Shown piece by piece: positions 37,504 to 46,793 of a stretch of DNA of 64,000 nucleotides. Each line of letters starts with the position of its first letter. The stretch's first letter is position 1. Both the position numbers and the translations under genes were made by a program. The notes beneath the pieces were generated by a model, which saw only the letters and a program-made list of their open reading frames with translations, was not told the DNA's origin and searched no databases. Location of the stretch: positions 3,503 through 67,502 of the IMG/VR virus record IMGVR_UViG_3300045256_000829; one strand, written 5' to 3'. Source of the stretch: a virus.

Positions 37504-40500
37504 TTACTGCACACCCAGCGTTGCGCCGATCGTGCGCGCAAAATCGTGATCACGTCTCAATTCGCTTTTCGCTGTATTGCCGATAATGTCGGGGCGACGC
37601 TCTGCCCCTGTTGCGAGCACGCTTTCAGGCGGCATCGCTTCGATCTTGCTGTCTAGCCGGGCGACCGACGACGCAAGGTTGTTAATCGCATTCACAAATA
37701 CTGGATTACCCTCGCCAACGCTTTCGCCCTGCTGACCTTCTCCACCGCGAGTAACGCGCAAGTCTCGTTGCTCCTGAAACGCAGGGGCCGAAGATGACGC
37801 GGCGCCCGTTCCACCCCCGCCGCCGCTACCCTGGCCGCCGAGGCCTCCGGCCGCTCCGATCCCGAGGCCAACGCCCGCGGCGATGCCTCCCACAGCCGCG
37901 TAAATCTTCGCTGCCGTAAAATGCTGCGTGGCTGAGGCGTAGTCATGGCGCGCGAGGGCTGCAAACCCTTCGGCAGTTTCGAAAATCGCTTTAACGAGCG
38001 ATTCTGCCGCAATCGTGGCTATCACAGAGGCGAGCAACTTTTTCAGGGCTGCCGGCCCTGTCTGGCCGGTCAGAATGAACGCTTGCAACGTCGCTTGAAG
38101 TCCCGCGCCTACCGCTGAGAGTGCGCCAGTCAGAATCGTCCTGAAGTTTCCCGCCTGCGCGCTGACCTGAGCGAGCGCCCCCGCCGCGGCATTGCCGAAC
38201 GCTTGAAACCGGGTGATGTCCTCATCCGCCACACCGAAGAGTGATGTGTTGCTCGCCGGGTTGAGCGCATCCGACTCTTCGGCCCCTTGCCGCTCAATCT
38301 GATTCTTTTCGTTCTGGAAGCGCTTTTCCTCATCTAGCCTTCGATCATCGCTCTTGCGCTGAATGTCCTCGATCAACGCCGCGTTCTTATTGGCGGCCGC
38401 GACAGCTTCATCTTGATCACGCTGGATTCGTTCGAGGTTTAATTGATGCCTCAATTCGGAAGAGGCCACAGCCGCCCGCGTCTGGGCATCGATCGCCGCC
38501 CGCTGAGTGTCCGGGGATGCGCCAAAGACTTGCGCCGCTCGCGCCAATTGATCCGCTTCCTGTTTAAGCAACTCAATCCGGAGCGCGGCGCTCTCCTGTA
38601 TAATCTGACGCCGCTGCGCGAGGAATTCACGCAGTTTGGCGATGTCCTTTGCCTGCGCATCCTGAATCCGGCTGATGGCGTCCAACTCGAAAGCTGCGCG
38701 TTCGGCCGCGAGTTGCGCGAGTTCATCATTTATTCGCCGCTGTTCCTCCTTATTGCGAATCGCAAGGACGAATTCTTGTTCAAGCTGCGCCTTGCGTTCG
38801 TCAAAGCGTTGATTCTGCAATTCGATCAAGCGGCGCTCGGAGGCTTCCGCGGTGAGAGTGCTACGGCCGGCAGCCCTGCGAACCGCGTCCTCTTCGGCCT
38901 TCCTGTTCGTCTCACGGATGTCGGCGAGCCGCTTTTGATGGTCAAGTTCCGCTTGCAATTCGACCTGTTTGCGCTGGCGCTCGAAATCATCCTGGCGCAG
39001 CTGAGAATCGAGAATAGCCGTATTCGCGCGAAGCCTGATGTCGGCGATCTTCGCATCGGCGTCAGCTTGATTCTTCGCGGCCTTTATCGCTTCGGCCTCT
39101 TCCTGTTTCAGTGTGGCGAGTTTTGCCGCAAGCAAAGATTTATCGATCGCGATGGCCCTATCGGTGAATTGGCGGATGTCGATCAGCTTATCGTCGAGCG
39201 CTCTCCGCGCAGCCTCCGTGTCACGGCGCGCGATCAGTTCGCGTTCCTTCTCTTGAGCCTGAAGCGATTTCAATTCGGCCGAAGCGATTTGCCGCTGTTG
39301 TGTGGCCGCCTGTTTGCCCGCCGCCTCGCGTTTCTTCGGGTCAAGGGTTTTTTCGAGCGCGTCAATTATGGGATCGACGCGCTGAACGTTCTCGACGGCG
39401 AGAAAGAAATCGTCATTGAGCGCGAGTTCCTGTTGCAGCTTCGCTTTGGCTTCGGCGATCGTCTTCGAACTCTCGGCGATTCTTCGGACGGTTTTATCGA
39501 TTTCGGCATGCGCCGCATTGTTCAATCGATCCAGCGAAGCGAATAACGCATCCACTGCCGCGCGTTGCTTATCGATTTCGCTCGTCGATTTGGCCGTCGC
39601 TCCCGCCGCCTCAGTCTGCTTCTTTTGATAGGCGTTGAACGCCGCGATCATTCCATTGACCTGGTCCTCATCGCGCCCGAGGGCGAGTTGCTGTTGCTTG
39701 AACGCCTCGACTGATAAGCCGTTGATCGCGATGTAGGTCGCAACGTCCTGCCCATATTTAACGATCGACTGGCGCAAGCCTTCGACCAGCGTCCGCGTTT
39801 CGTTTACAGCCTTCCCGAGTTCTTTCGCCGAGGCCTGTTGCGGCGTTCCGGCGAGTTGCTCGCCAAGAAGATCCGTCAGGTTCGCGCCACCCTGTTGGGC
39901 GATCTTGTTGGCCTGATTTTGCAGGTTAGTTAGCTGCTGCTGCGCGAGTTGAAGTTTCTCGACGAGCTTATTCGAGGCGTCCCCGACATCGCCGAGATTC
40001 TTGCTTAAATCGCCTTGTTTGAGCGCGATTTGCTCTTTTAGGACACGGTTCAATTCGGCAATCGCCGTCTGTTCGTCGGTGATGGAACTGATATACGTCC
40101 GCGTATCCGGATCGAGCTTTGCGAGGACCGCTTGAAGGCGCGTGTGTTGATCGGCTGAACCGGCTTGCACGCGGGTAAGCTCGGAGGCTTCGCGTGAGAG
40201 TTGTTCAAGCTGGTTGATTTGCGTCTGTTGGGAAACGACGAAATTTGAAGAGAGCTTTGCCGCTCGATCCGATGCGCTCTCATACGTGGCCCAAGCGAGC
40301 GCTGCAACACCCAGAGCGGCCGCGATGGCGGCAATACTGACCGTGACAGGGTTCAGAAGCGCGGGGAGCGTCGCAACGGCCCCACCAGCCGCAACGACCC
40401 CTTGCAGAGCGGTAAACGCCTCGACAATGGCGACGATTCCACTCGAAATTCCGCCAAAAATGAGTAGCAGCGGACCGAGCGCCGCTACGCCAGCCGCGAT

Positions 40501-41346
40501 AACGACGAAGGATTCGCGCGCTGCCGGTGAAAGGGAAGCGAACCCCTCAGACAGCTTTTGAATCACGGGAACAGCCGCTTCGACGAGCGGCGTAATTGTC
40601 TGAATGATCGTTAAGCCAAGAGGTCGTAAGGCGATCGATACACGATCGACCATCTTTTCGAATTGAGACGCAATAGATTCAGTGACGGCCGCAAGTTTCG
40701 GATTGTTCTCAGCCGCCTTCGCAATCGCCGTGAAAAAGGCATCGGTCGTCGTAATGCCCATTCGCGCGGCGGCCGCCCTGATAGCCTCCGAATTGATCGG
40801 ACTATCGACGTTGAAAACCTGTTTGATCAGTTCGCCGGCGAGCGGGGATTGACCAACCAATTCTTTCAGGTCCGTCCGCTCGAAATTCTGCGTGACAAGC
40901 TGTATCAGGTTTTGGGCGAATCGCTGAGAATCGCCAAGAGGCGATGCGGCGTTCAGTCTGCCGATCGCTGGCAGAATCCGGTTGATCGCCTGCTCAGTGA
41001 CGTTGGCCGCGCGCAGCTGAGCGTCGAGGGTGGTCGCGAGGAATACCGTCAAGCCTGGCGTCTTCTGTGAAAGATTGACCAGCTGGCTTAATCGTTTTTC
41101 CGCATTCTCAGCGCTACCCGTGAAAGCCTTGAGCAGGTTGACTTGATTGTCGAGTTCTTTCGTCGTCCGGAAAGCTGCAACACCAAGGGCGACGATTGGC
41201 GCGGTTAAACTGGCCGTCAGGATCGAGCCGGTTTTCGTCGCGCTCGATCCTACGGCGTCAATCGTTCTGGAAAATTCCTGTAGGTCTTTTCGCCCTGACG
41301 CCGTATCGACGATCAGCTTGAACGCAAGTGTAACGATGTCTGCCAT
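37504..41346 (-). CDS. Tape measure protein
   Basis: 1280 aa, A/Q/E-rich helical with TM segments; after chaperones. Confidence 0.9.
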   Translation of the reverse strand: MADIVTLAFKLIVDTASGRKDLQEFSRTIDAVGSSATKTGSILTASLTAPIVALGVAAFRTTKELDNQVNLLKAFTGSAENAEKRLSQLVNLSQKTPGLTVFLATTLDAQLRAANVTEQAINRILPAIGRLNAASPLGDSQRFAQNLIQLVTQNFERTDLKELVGQSPLAGELIKQVFNVDSPINSEAIRAAAARMGITTTDAFFTAIAKAAENNPKLAAVTESIASQFEKMVDRVSIALRPLGLTIIQTITPLVEAAVPVIQKLSEGFASLSPAARESFVVIAAGVAALGPLLLIFGGISSGIVAIVEAFTALQGVVAAGGAVATLPALLNPVTVSIAAIAAALGVAALAWATYESASDRAAKLSSNFVVSQQTQINQLEQLSREASELTRVQAGSADQHTRLQAVLAKLDPDTRTYISSITDEQTAIAELNRVLKEQIALKQGDLSKNLGDVGDASNKLVEKLQLAQQQLTNLQNQANKIAQQGGANLTDLLGEQLAGTPQQASAKELGKAVNETRTLVEGLRQSIVKYGQDVATYIAINGLSVEAFKQQQLALGRDEDQVNGMIAAFNAYQKKQTEAAGATAKSTSEIDKQRAAVDALFASLDRLNNAAHAEIDKTVRRIAESSKTIAEAKAKLQQELALNDDFFLAVENVQRVDPIIDALEKTLDPKKREAAGKQAATQQRQIASAELKSLQAQEKERELIARRDTEAARRALDDKLIDIRQFTDRAIAIDKSLLAAKLATLKQEEAEAIKAAKNQADADAKIADIRLRANTAILDSQLRQDDFERQRKQVELQAELDHQKRLADIRETNRKAEEDAVRRAAGRSTLTAEASERRLIELQNQRFDERKAQLEQEFVLAIRNKEEQRRINDELAQLAAERAAFELDAISRIQDAQAKDIAKLREFLAQRRQIIQESAALRIELLKQEADQLARAAQVFGASPDTQRAAIDAQTRAAVASSELRHQLNLERIQRDQDEAVAAANKNAALIEDIQRKSDDRRLDEEKRFQNEKNQIERQGAEESDALNPASNTSLFGVADEDITRFQAFGNAAAGALAQVSAQAGNFRTILTGALSAVGAGLQATLQAFILTGQTGPAALKKLLASVIATIAAESLVKAIFETAEGFAALARHDYASATQHFTAAKIYAAVGGIAAGVGLGIGAAGGLGGQGSGGGGGTGAASSSAPAFQEQRDLRVTRGGEGQQGESVGEGNPVFVNAINNLASSVARLDSKIEAMPPESVLATGAERRPDIIGNTAKSELRRDHDFARTIGATLGVQ

Positions 41347-41351
41347 ACGTG

Positions 41352-41576
41352 CTACCAGACTTCGACGGAGTCGAAAGTCTCTGTCGTTTCGTCCTTGCGC
41401 CCGGCCGATTTGATCGCTTCAACCTCAACCCTCGATAAATGCACCGCCGCGGCAATATCGAGGGCTGTCGCTACAGTGTCATCCAAGATCCCCAGGACTT
41501 CCGAGGGCAGCTTGTGGAACTTCTGACATGTCGCCGCTAATGACAGAAGAAAATCCCCTCCCTGGCTCGAAACGAA
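41352..41576 (-). CDS. Tail assembly chaperone C-terminal (gpT-like) frame
   Basis: Overlaps TAC in +1 frame; KLPSEVL...ALDIA motif. Confidence 0.65.
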   Translation of the reverse strand, partial: FVSSQGGDFLLSLAATCQKFHKLPSEVLGILDDTVATALDIAAAVHLSRVEVEAIKSAGRKDETTETFDSVEVW

Positions 41577-42195
41577 ACTCTTCGACGGCCGCAAGCGGCA
41601 CGTCGCCTCCTTTGGTTTCGACGGGGACAGTCGGCGCGAGCTGAAGCGCCTGCGCCAGGAGAAAGGTCAGATCCACTTCAGGGATTTCATCGATACTGAT
41701 TTCATTCTCGTCGTATTCATCCAGTGGCACGGGGCCAACCTCCCAAAGGTCAAGTTGCGCGCGCATCGCTTTCTTGCCTTCGGATTTGAGGCGATTGAAA
41801 AGCTCCGTCCCAACCTCGTCGCCGTTGCGCTCGACGCACTTGGCCAGCACGAACTTTTCAAACAAGGTCTGAAGCGGTCCTTTGATAATGCGCGGATCGA
41901 GTACGGAGGCAATGACAAGGTCAGTCAGGAATGTGTTGTATTTCATGTGATCTTCCTGTGACAGCTTCTCAATCTCAACTCGCGCCATCGCTTCTTTCTG
42001 GGCCAGTGAACCGTGAGTCCGCGCCACCTTGCTGAGGATGCTAACGAAGCTCTCGGGCATTCGGCCGCCGCCAACCCAAGTGAAGAGATGCGGCCGGCAG
42101 AATTTCACAACCGCGCCCGAAGGAAGTTCTAAATCAACGGCGCTTGACACATGCGCCGCTTTGGATTTGTCTCGCCATTGACTTGCTCTATTCAT
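41479..42195 (-). CDS. Tail assembly chaperone (gpG-like)
   Basis: Between tail tube and tape measure; LELPSG, SVLDPRI. Confidence 0.75.
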   Translation of the reverse strand: MNRASQWRDKSKAAHVSSAVDLELPSGAVVKFCRPHLFTWVGGGRMPESFVSILSKVARTHGSLAQKEAMARVEIEKLSQEDHMKYNTFLTDLVIASVLDPRIIKGPLQTLFEKFVLAKCVERNGDEVGTELFNRLKSEGKKAMRAQLDLWEVGPVPLDEYDENEISIDEIPEVDLTFLLAQALQLAPTVPVETKGGDVPLAAVEEFRFEPGRGFSSVISGDMSEVPQAALGSPGDLG

Positions 42196-42207
42196 GGTCC
42201 CTCATTG

Positions 42208-42238
42208 AAAAAAACGCCCGCGTCAGTTCGACGCGGGC
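42208..42238 (-). terminator. Intrinsic terminator after tail tube gene
   Basis: GCCCGCGTC/GACGCGGGC stem + T7. Confidence 0.75.
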
Positions 42239-42279
42239 AACCAATCCATCCGTTGAGAAGAAGAAGATGCGCTGAACCG

Positions 42280-42879
42280 TTAAACCTGGCGCCAGAATGA
42301 GCCAACCTGATCGCCTTGCGGCCGGGTCGCAATGCTGTTTCCAGTGAACTCGAACGGCACCTTCGAGAAATCTTTTCTCGTGAGCTGCGTCTCAATACCC
42401 GAAGAGTTGAAAGCCGCGTACAGCTGAAAGACTACCCATTTACCCCCCGTCTCAGCCGATGCGCCGATGACCGCGACTGAGTTGGTGGTTACGGTGGTTA
42501 AACCGCCGAACGTCAACTGCTCGTATCCCGAGCCCGTGGTTTTCGTGCCGCCTGGCGTGATCAAGCCAAGGATTGTCCAATCCTCGATTTGAAGATACTT
42601 GCCGCTCATCGTGGCTTTTTCGCCGGTCAGGTTTTGCTTCCATGGCGAAGTAAGTTCGTCGGCTTCAAAGCTTTGAACTTCAGCGGTGATTTTGACAACC
42701 GTACCCGATTCGGTAAGGCCGAGGTGTTTCGCGTTCGGGTTCGCCGTCGAGTCGGGCGTTCCCGTTGCGTTGTCGAGGGTGAGCCTGCTGCCCGACGCCG
42801 GAACTGCGACGCCAACCCAAACGTCCCCGACAGTATTCATGATTTTCGCCGCGTTGTAGGTTTTGGTCGTTCCTGCCAT
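42280..42879 (-). CDS. Major tail tube protein
   Basis: 199 aa, T/G/S-rich, HLGLTESG; position in tail operon. Confidence 0.8.
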   Translation of the reverse strand: MAGTTKTYNAAKIMNTVGDVWVGVAVPASGSRLTLDNATGTPDSTANPNAKHLGLTESGTVVKITAEVQSFEADELTSPWKQNLTGEKATMSGKYLQIEDWTILGLITPGGTKTTGSGYEQLTFGGLTTVTTNSVAVIGASAETGGKWVVFQLYAAFNSSGIETQLTRKDFSKVPFEFTGNSIATRPQGDQVGSFWRQV

Positions 42880-42882
42880 TGC

Positions 42883-43410
42883 TTAGCCTCCAACTTGTAA
42901 GTATTTGAACGTGATCGTGGACAAAGCGGATCTGAAATACAGTCCGTTCTTATTCACGACCTGTTGCACCTGTCCGAACTGAGCACGCCCAAATTTCAGG
43001 ATGAGTCCCGTCGTTCCCTCGACGTGAAGCATCAAATCTTCCATCGATGCGCTCAGGAACATCATCCGTACCGCCGCAACGCGCTTCCGCAGTTCCTCCG
43101 TCAAAGCCTCGGGTTTTTCGCCGGTCACTTCGACATCGAAACCGAACTTAACTTCCAAATTAAACGAGACATCGCTGTCTCCCGCCTCCGGTTCGTCGTC
43201 AACCGGGTAAATCGCGAGGGCAGGGAAGTCAGTCGCCACGCGCTCGCATTTCAAAATCTTCGCGAAAGGTTTCAAGCTGGCGACTGCCGGAGGCCTCGCC
43301 GCAACCCAGGCCAACGCGCCGACCTGATCACGCTTCGCGATCGTGATTAAGTTATCGAGCAACGGAAGTCCGAAATCTATTTGAGGTAATTCAGCTGCCC
43401 AGGGCATCAA
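42883..43410 (-). CDS. Tail terminator/completion protein
   Basis: FPALAIYP; directly upstream of tube gene. Confidence 0.65.
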   Translation of the reverse strand: MMPWAAELPQIDFGLPLLDNLITIAKRDQVGALAWVAARPPAVASLKPFAKILKCERVATDFPALAIYPVDDEPEAGDSDVSFNLEVKFGFDVEVTGEKPEALTEELRKRVAAVRMMFLSASMEDLMLHVEGTTGLILKFGRAQFGQVQQVVNKNGLYFRSALSTITFKYLQVGG

Positions 43411-43913
43411 CCAACCTCGATAACGATGAATTTCCCGCGCTTCTTAACGACATCGATCAACCCATCCCGTAAAACCTTCGTGATCCGGTTGGATTGTTCG
43501 GCCGTTAGGGAAACCGGAGGGCGCGCAACCATTCGCCGCGTACCATGGAAATGAAAAGCCGCTTTCGGATCATTCGTCCCGATCAGCAATTCTTCCTCTT
43601 TGACCTGGCGCATCGAGAAACGCGCATTCGGCTGCGTCAGGCTGCGCCGTAACTGGCCAGTCAATTCGAGAATCCGCGCGCCCGGCCGGAGTTGCAACTT
43701 TCTCGCGGCATATTGGGGCGTAAGCGGCGCCCAGCGGCCCGATGCGCCCGATGCGCCCGCTGCGCCCTCAGTGTCAAAAAGCTCTCGCTCCGCAGCGTAG
43801 AATTCACGCGAAGCCTCGATCAGCAAGGGGCGAAAGTCGCGGAACGTGAGTTGAAGCTCGTCAAGCGCGTCGAGAAGTCGATCCGTTCCCGTTACTTCAA
43901 TTCCCACACTCAT
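43407..43913 (-). CDS. Virion morphogenesis protein (Mu gpG/P2 S-like)
   Basis: WAPL..QY...TGQLRRSL...IGTN...FHFHGTRRMVARP. Confidence 0.8.
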   Translation of the reverse strand: MSVGIEVTGTDRLLDALDELQLTFRDFRPLLIEASREFYAAERELFDTEGAAGASGASGRWAPLTPQYAARKLQLRPGARILELTGQLRRSLTQPNARFSMRQVKEEELLIGTNDPKAAFHFHGTRRMVARPPVSLTAEQSNRITKVLRDGLIDVVKKRGKFIVIEVG

Positions 43914-44242
43914 GGCGCGACTCCAACCGGGACCGCAATGATTTTCCAGTGCGCCGGTTCCTGTCTCTTCAGTTCATGCGTCGATCGCTCGTATTTAACG
44001 CCATTGAAGAAAATGTGATTCGCTTCGTCGATCGTGGCCGGGTCGTATCTCTCCGGCGAATACAATCGAAACTCAAAGAACGGCCGCCCCGAGTCCTCAT
44101 CCGCTTCTTCAGTAACCGAGAAGTCCTCAGCGACGCTAAACAGCTCCGTGAAATTGTCATCGTCGATAACGTTGACAAAAACCGCCGTCACGTATCCCCA
44201 GGTTCGAACCCTCTGGAAATTGACATGGCGCAAGTCGCTCAT
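43910..44242 (-). CDS. Probable head-closure protein
   Basis: Size and position in neck module. Confidence 0.55.
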   Translation of the reverse strand: MSDLRHVNFQRVRTWGYVTAVFVNVIDDDNFTELFSVAEDFSVTEEADEDSGRPFFEFRLYSPERYDPATIDEANHIFFNGVKYERSTHELKRQEPAHWKIIAVPVGVAP

Positions 44243-44661
44243 CTGCCGCGCCTCCCTGGCGCAGTCGTAAAGAGCGTCGGAATCGATTTCGTCGCGGGAG
44301 TCGGCGACAGATATGCGGCCATTGCGTCGGCCGCGCGCTGCGCCAGATCCTCGGCTCTGGCGTCAACGTCCACCGATTGCCGCTTAAAACCCTCGCCGAC
44401 TTTAAAGTTTTCCTCGATCAGCTGGGGCATTGCCTTGACAACAAAGCTTGCGATCTTAAATACGATAGCCGTCTTTAACTGGCGCAACGTTGCGCCAGTA
44501 CGTGTCGCCGCTTGCGGATCGAGCCTGACCGCCCAGCGTTCCGCCTCGCCTTGATAGGGATCAAGCGCGATCACGTCGTTAGGGAGCGCCTTTTGATCCA
44601 CGTCGAGACTGATCACGGCGCGGATTTCAGGATATTCAGCTGTCGTAAGAATCGCCGACAT
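44239..44661 (-). CDS. Probable head-tail adaptor
   Basis: Helical 140 aa protein after capsid gene. Confidence 0.6.
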   Translation of the reverse strand: MSAILTTAEYPEIRAVISLDVDQKALPNDVIALDPYQGEAERWAVRLDPQAATRTGATLRQLKTAIVFKIASFVVKAMPQLIEENFKVGEGFKRQSVDVDARAEDLAQRAADAMAAYLSPTPATKSIPTLFTTAPGRRGR

Positions 44662-44667
44662 TCGTTG

Positions 44668-44928
44668 CTAGTCTTCGACCTCTTCGATTTCCCCGTCGCG
44701 CAAGAGCTTGCTGACGGCGGGCGACATCCCGACGCGGACAGGCGATTCACCTGCGATCATCGCCTCACCGCCCGGATGCGCGGGGTCGCGCTCCCAGAGA
44801 ACGACCACGCTACCGCCGTCAGCCTTGGGGGGAGCCGTTGAACGAACGCTGATATATTCGGGTTCGGCCGGTTTAGTTTTGGGTTTTTCCGTCTCTTCCA
44901 CTTCGTCAACTTTTTTCGCTTTCGCCAT
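44668..44928 (-). CDS. Small head-associated protein
   Basis: GAGGG RBS; follows capsid gene. Confidence 0.6.
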   Translation of the reverse strand: MAKAKKVDEVEETEKPKTKPAEPEYISVRSTAPPKADGGSVVVLWERDPAHPGGEAMIAGESPVRVGMSPAVSKLLRDGEIEEVED

Positions 44929-44941
44929 ATTGCCCTCATTG

Positions 44942-44974
44942 AAAAAAGAGGGACGGAACGCCCGTCCCGTCCCT
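44942..44974 (-). terminator. Intrinsic terminator after capsid gene
   Basis: AGGGACGG/CCGTCCCT stem + T-run. Confidence 0.7.
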
Positions 44975-45008
44975 GTTAATTGCTCCTGGCACCGAAAAAA
45001 AACTGCGC

Positions 45009-46244
45009 TTACGCCGCGAGATTGATAATCTTCGTCGCGTTGCCGTCGATAACCCTGTAACCCTCGGTTTCGGTCATAACCAGCGCCTCAGTCTGATTCG
45101 TGATGAATCGCTGCGTTTCCTGAATCGTGGCGCCGATTTCCGTCACCTGCTCCAACGCGAGGCGAGTGTCAAAGCCGACGATATTCGAAGCCGGCGCGTC
45201 GCCTGTGATCCCGAAGCGCTGCCCCTGCGCCAGCTGTGGCGTAATAGGCGACAAATTGCCGAAGAGATTGCCCGGCAGGAAGACGAGAGGAATGTTCGCG
45301 TTGCCCGTGTTGAGCATTTGCAATTTGATGATCGGCGCTTCCTGGCCTAAAACCGTATCGAGCATATACGGGTTGGCGAATTTCGCCTTGAAGGCGAGCC
45401 ACGCGAGCAACGTCAGATTGTTCGCCGTGGTCCCAGAGTCCAGCGTTGTCAGCGCGTAAACAGTCGCCGCCGTTCCAGAGTTGCCATCGCCGTTGACCGC
45501 GACATCCAGAATCGCGGCGAGCTTGTCAATTTCAGCCTGCACCGAAAGCCGAGCGATATGCATCGCGACCTGGTTGATCCGCATGCGCCTCATCTGCTCA
45601 TAGGACATCGTGAGCTTGCGGCCATACTTGTAGAGACGAATCACCCGATCGCCCCCGGCCAGTTTCATGCCAGGAATCTCGGAGAATTCCGTCACCCGAA
45701 CCAATCGCGTATTTGACGGATCGTCGGTCAGATAGAAGGCGCGATACGTGTCGCCGTCAATCGGAGTTGTCAGCGCAACAATCGACGCAATCGGGATCTG
45801 CGGAGCGATTTGCTTATTCCAGTACGCCGTTGAGGAATCGATATTCGGATTCGACACCGAACCGATCGGCTGATCGTATGAGGTGTAAAGCGAGCGAGTG
45901 TTCACCGGTTGATGACCCTGCGCTTGCTTCCACATCCGCGTGAAGAATTCGACCATCAAGATCGGGCCGGCTTCGCGGCAATTTTTTGCTTCGCACTTCC
46001 GAACGAAATCGCCAACCGTGTCGCAGTTGAGCCCGAGATAGGGAACCGCGCGCGTCACAATTCCAGCCTCGATCATTAAGCGTTGAAACGCGTCCGTTTT
46101 ATCGTTCGGGTATTCGGTCGAAGGATCGATCGTTTCGAGGAATGCCGACAACCCCATCCCTTCGCGATAACAAGTTTCCAGAAAATCCAAATTGACCTGG
46201 CGCAGAGTTTCGGCCGGACCCTGCTTTTTGATGCGTGCGCTCAT
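45009..46244 (-). CDS. Major capsid protein (HK97-type)
   Basis: RVTEFSEIP...KYGRKLTMSYEQMRR, NGDGN; after protease and decoration genes. Confidence 0.85.
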   Translation of the reverse strand: MSARIKKQGPAETLRQVNLDFLETCYREGMGLSAFLETIDPSTEYPNDKTDAFQRLMIEAGIVTRAVPYLGLNCDTVGDFVRKCEAKNCREAGPILMVEFFTRMWKQAQGHQPVNTRSLYTSYDQPIGSVSNPNIDSSTAYWNKQIAPQIPIASIVALTTPIDGDTYRAFYLTDDPSNTRLVRVTEFSEIPGMKLAGGDRVIRLYKYGRKLTMSYEQMRRMRINQVAMHIARLSVQAEIDKLAAILDVAVNGDGNSGTAATVYALTTLDSGTTANNLTLLAWLAFKAKFANPYMLDTVLGQEAPIIKLQMLNTGNANIPLVFLPGNLFGNLSPITPQLAQGQRFGITGDAPASNIVGFDTRLALEQVTEIGATIQETQRFITNQTEALVMTETEGYRVIDGNATKIINLAA

Positions 46245-46316
46245 AGTCACTCCTTAAGATTGAAGGATAAAGAAGCGAGAGCGCCGCATCTCCGCTCGGA
46301 AAATCGAAATAACCGA

Positions 46317-46751
46317 TTACAGTTCGACCCAGACGTTCGACGTGTCGCCAGCGTCGTAAATCTGACCGCGACACTTGATCAATTCGGCCGCTGTCCCGGA
46401 CGCCGCGGAGCGCACAAACCCTTTGGCCGAAGCCGCTCCCAGCGCGCCGACGATCGCGGTTCCGAGGGTAAGCGTCGCTGACTGGCCACCCTTAAAAGCC
46501 AGACAGCCTTTAACCGCAACGGTCGCTTTTAAATCGGCCTCCACCTTCTCTAAGCGGCCAACCAACGCCTCGCCATCGGAGGCAAGTTGAACGGTTTTAG
46601 CCGCCGAGAAACTGACCGCGAGCTGCGCGCCAGCCTGCGCCGAACCGTAAGGCTTCGTCGAGTCGAAGGTAATTGTCGAATTATCGATAATGAACGATCG
46701 GTATTGAACGCCGACTTCGTCGAATGACAGCACGTTGCGAGGGTTCGCCAT
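46317..46751 (-). CDS. Head decoration protein
   Basis: 144 aa A/G-rich beta protein just upstream of capsid gene. Confidence 0.7.
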   Translation of the reverse strand: MANPRNVLSFDEVGVQYRSFIIDNSTITFDSTKPYGSAQAGAQLAVSFSAAKTVQLASDGEALVGRLEKVEADLKATVAVKGCLAFKGGQSATLTLGTAIVGALGAASAKGFVRSAASGTAAELIKCRGQIYDAGDTSNVWVEL

Positions 46752-46793
46752 GACTATTCTCCCTGATTAGTGGTTTACGCCCGCAATCGTGAA

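Noticed and set aside
38443-39546. 367-aa + strand ORF and similar long antisense ORFs
   Set aside because: Antisense shadows of the tape measure and other GC-rich genes; no recognisable motifs
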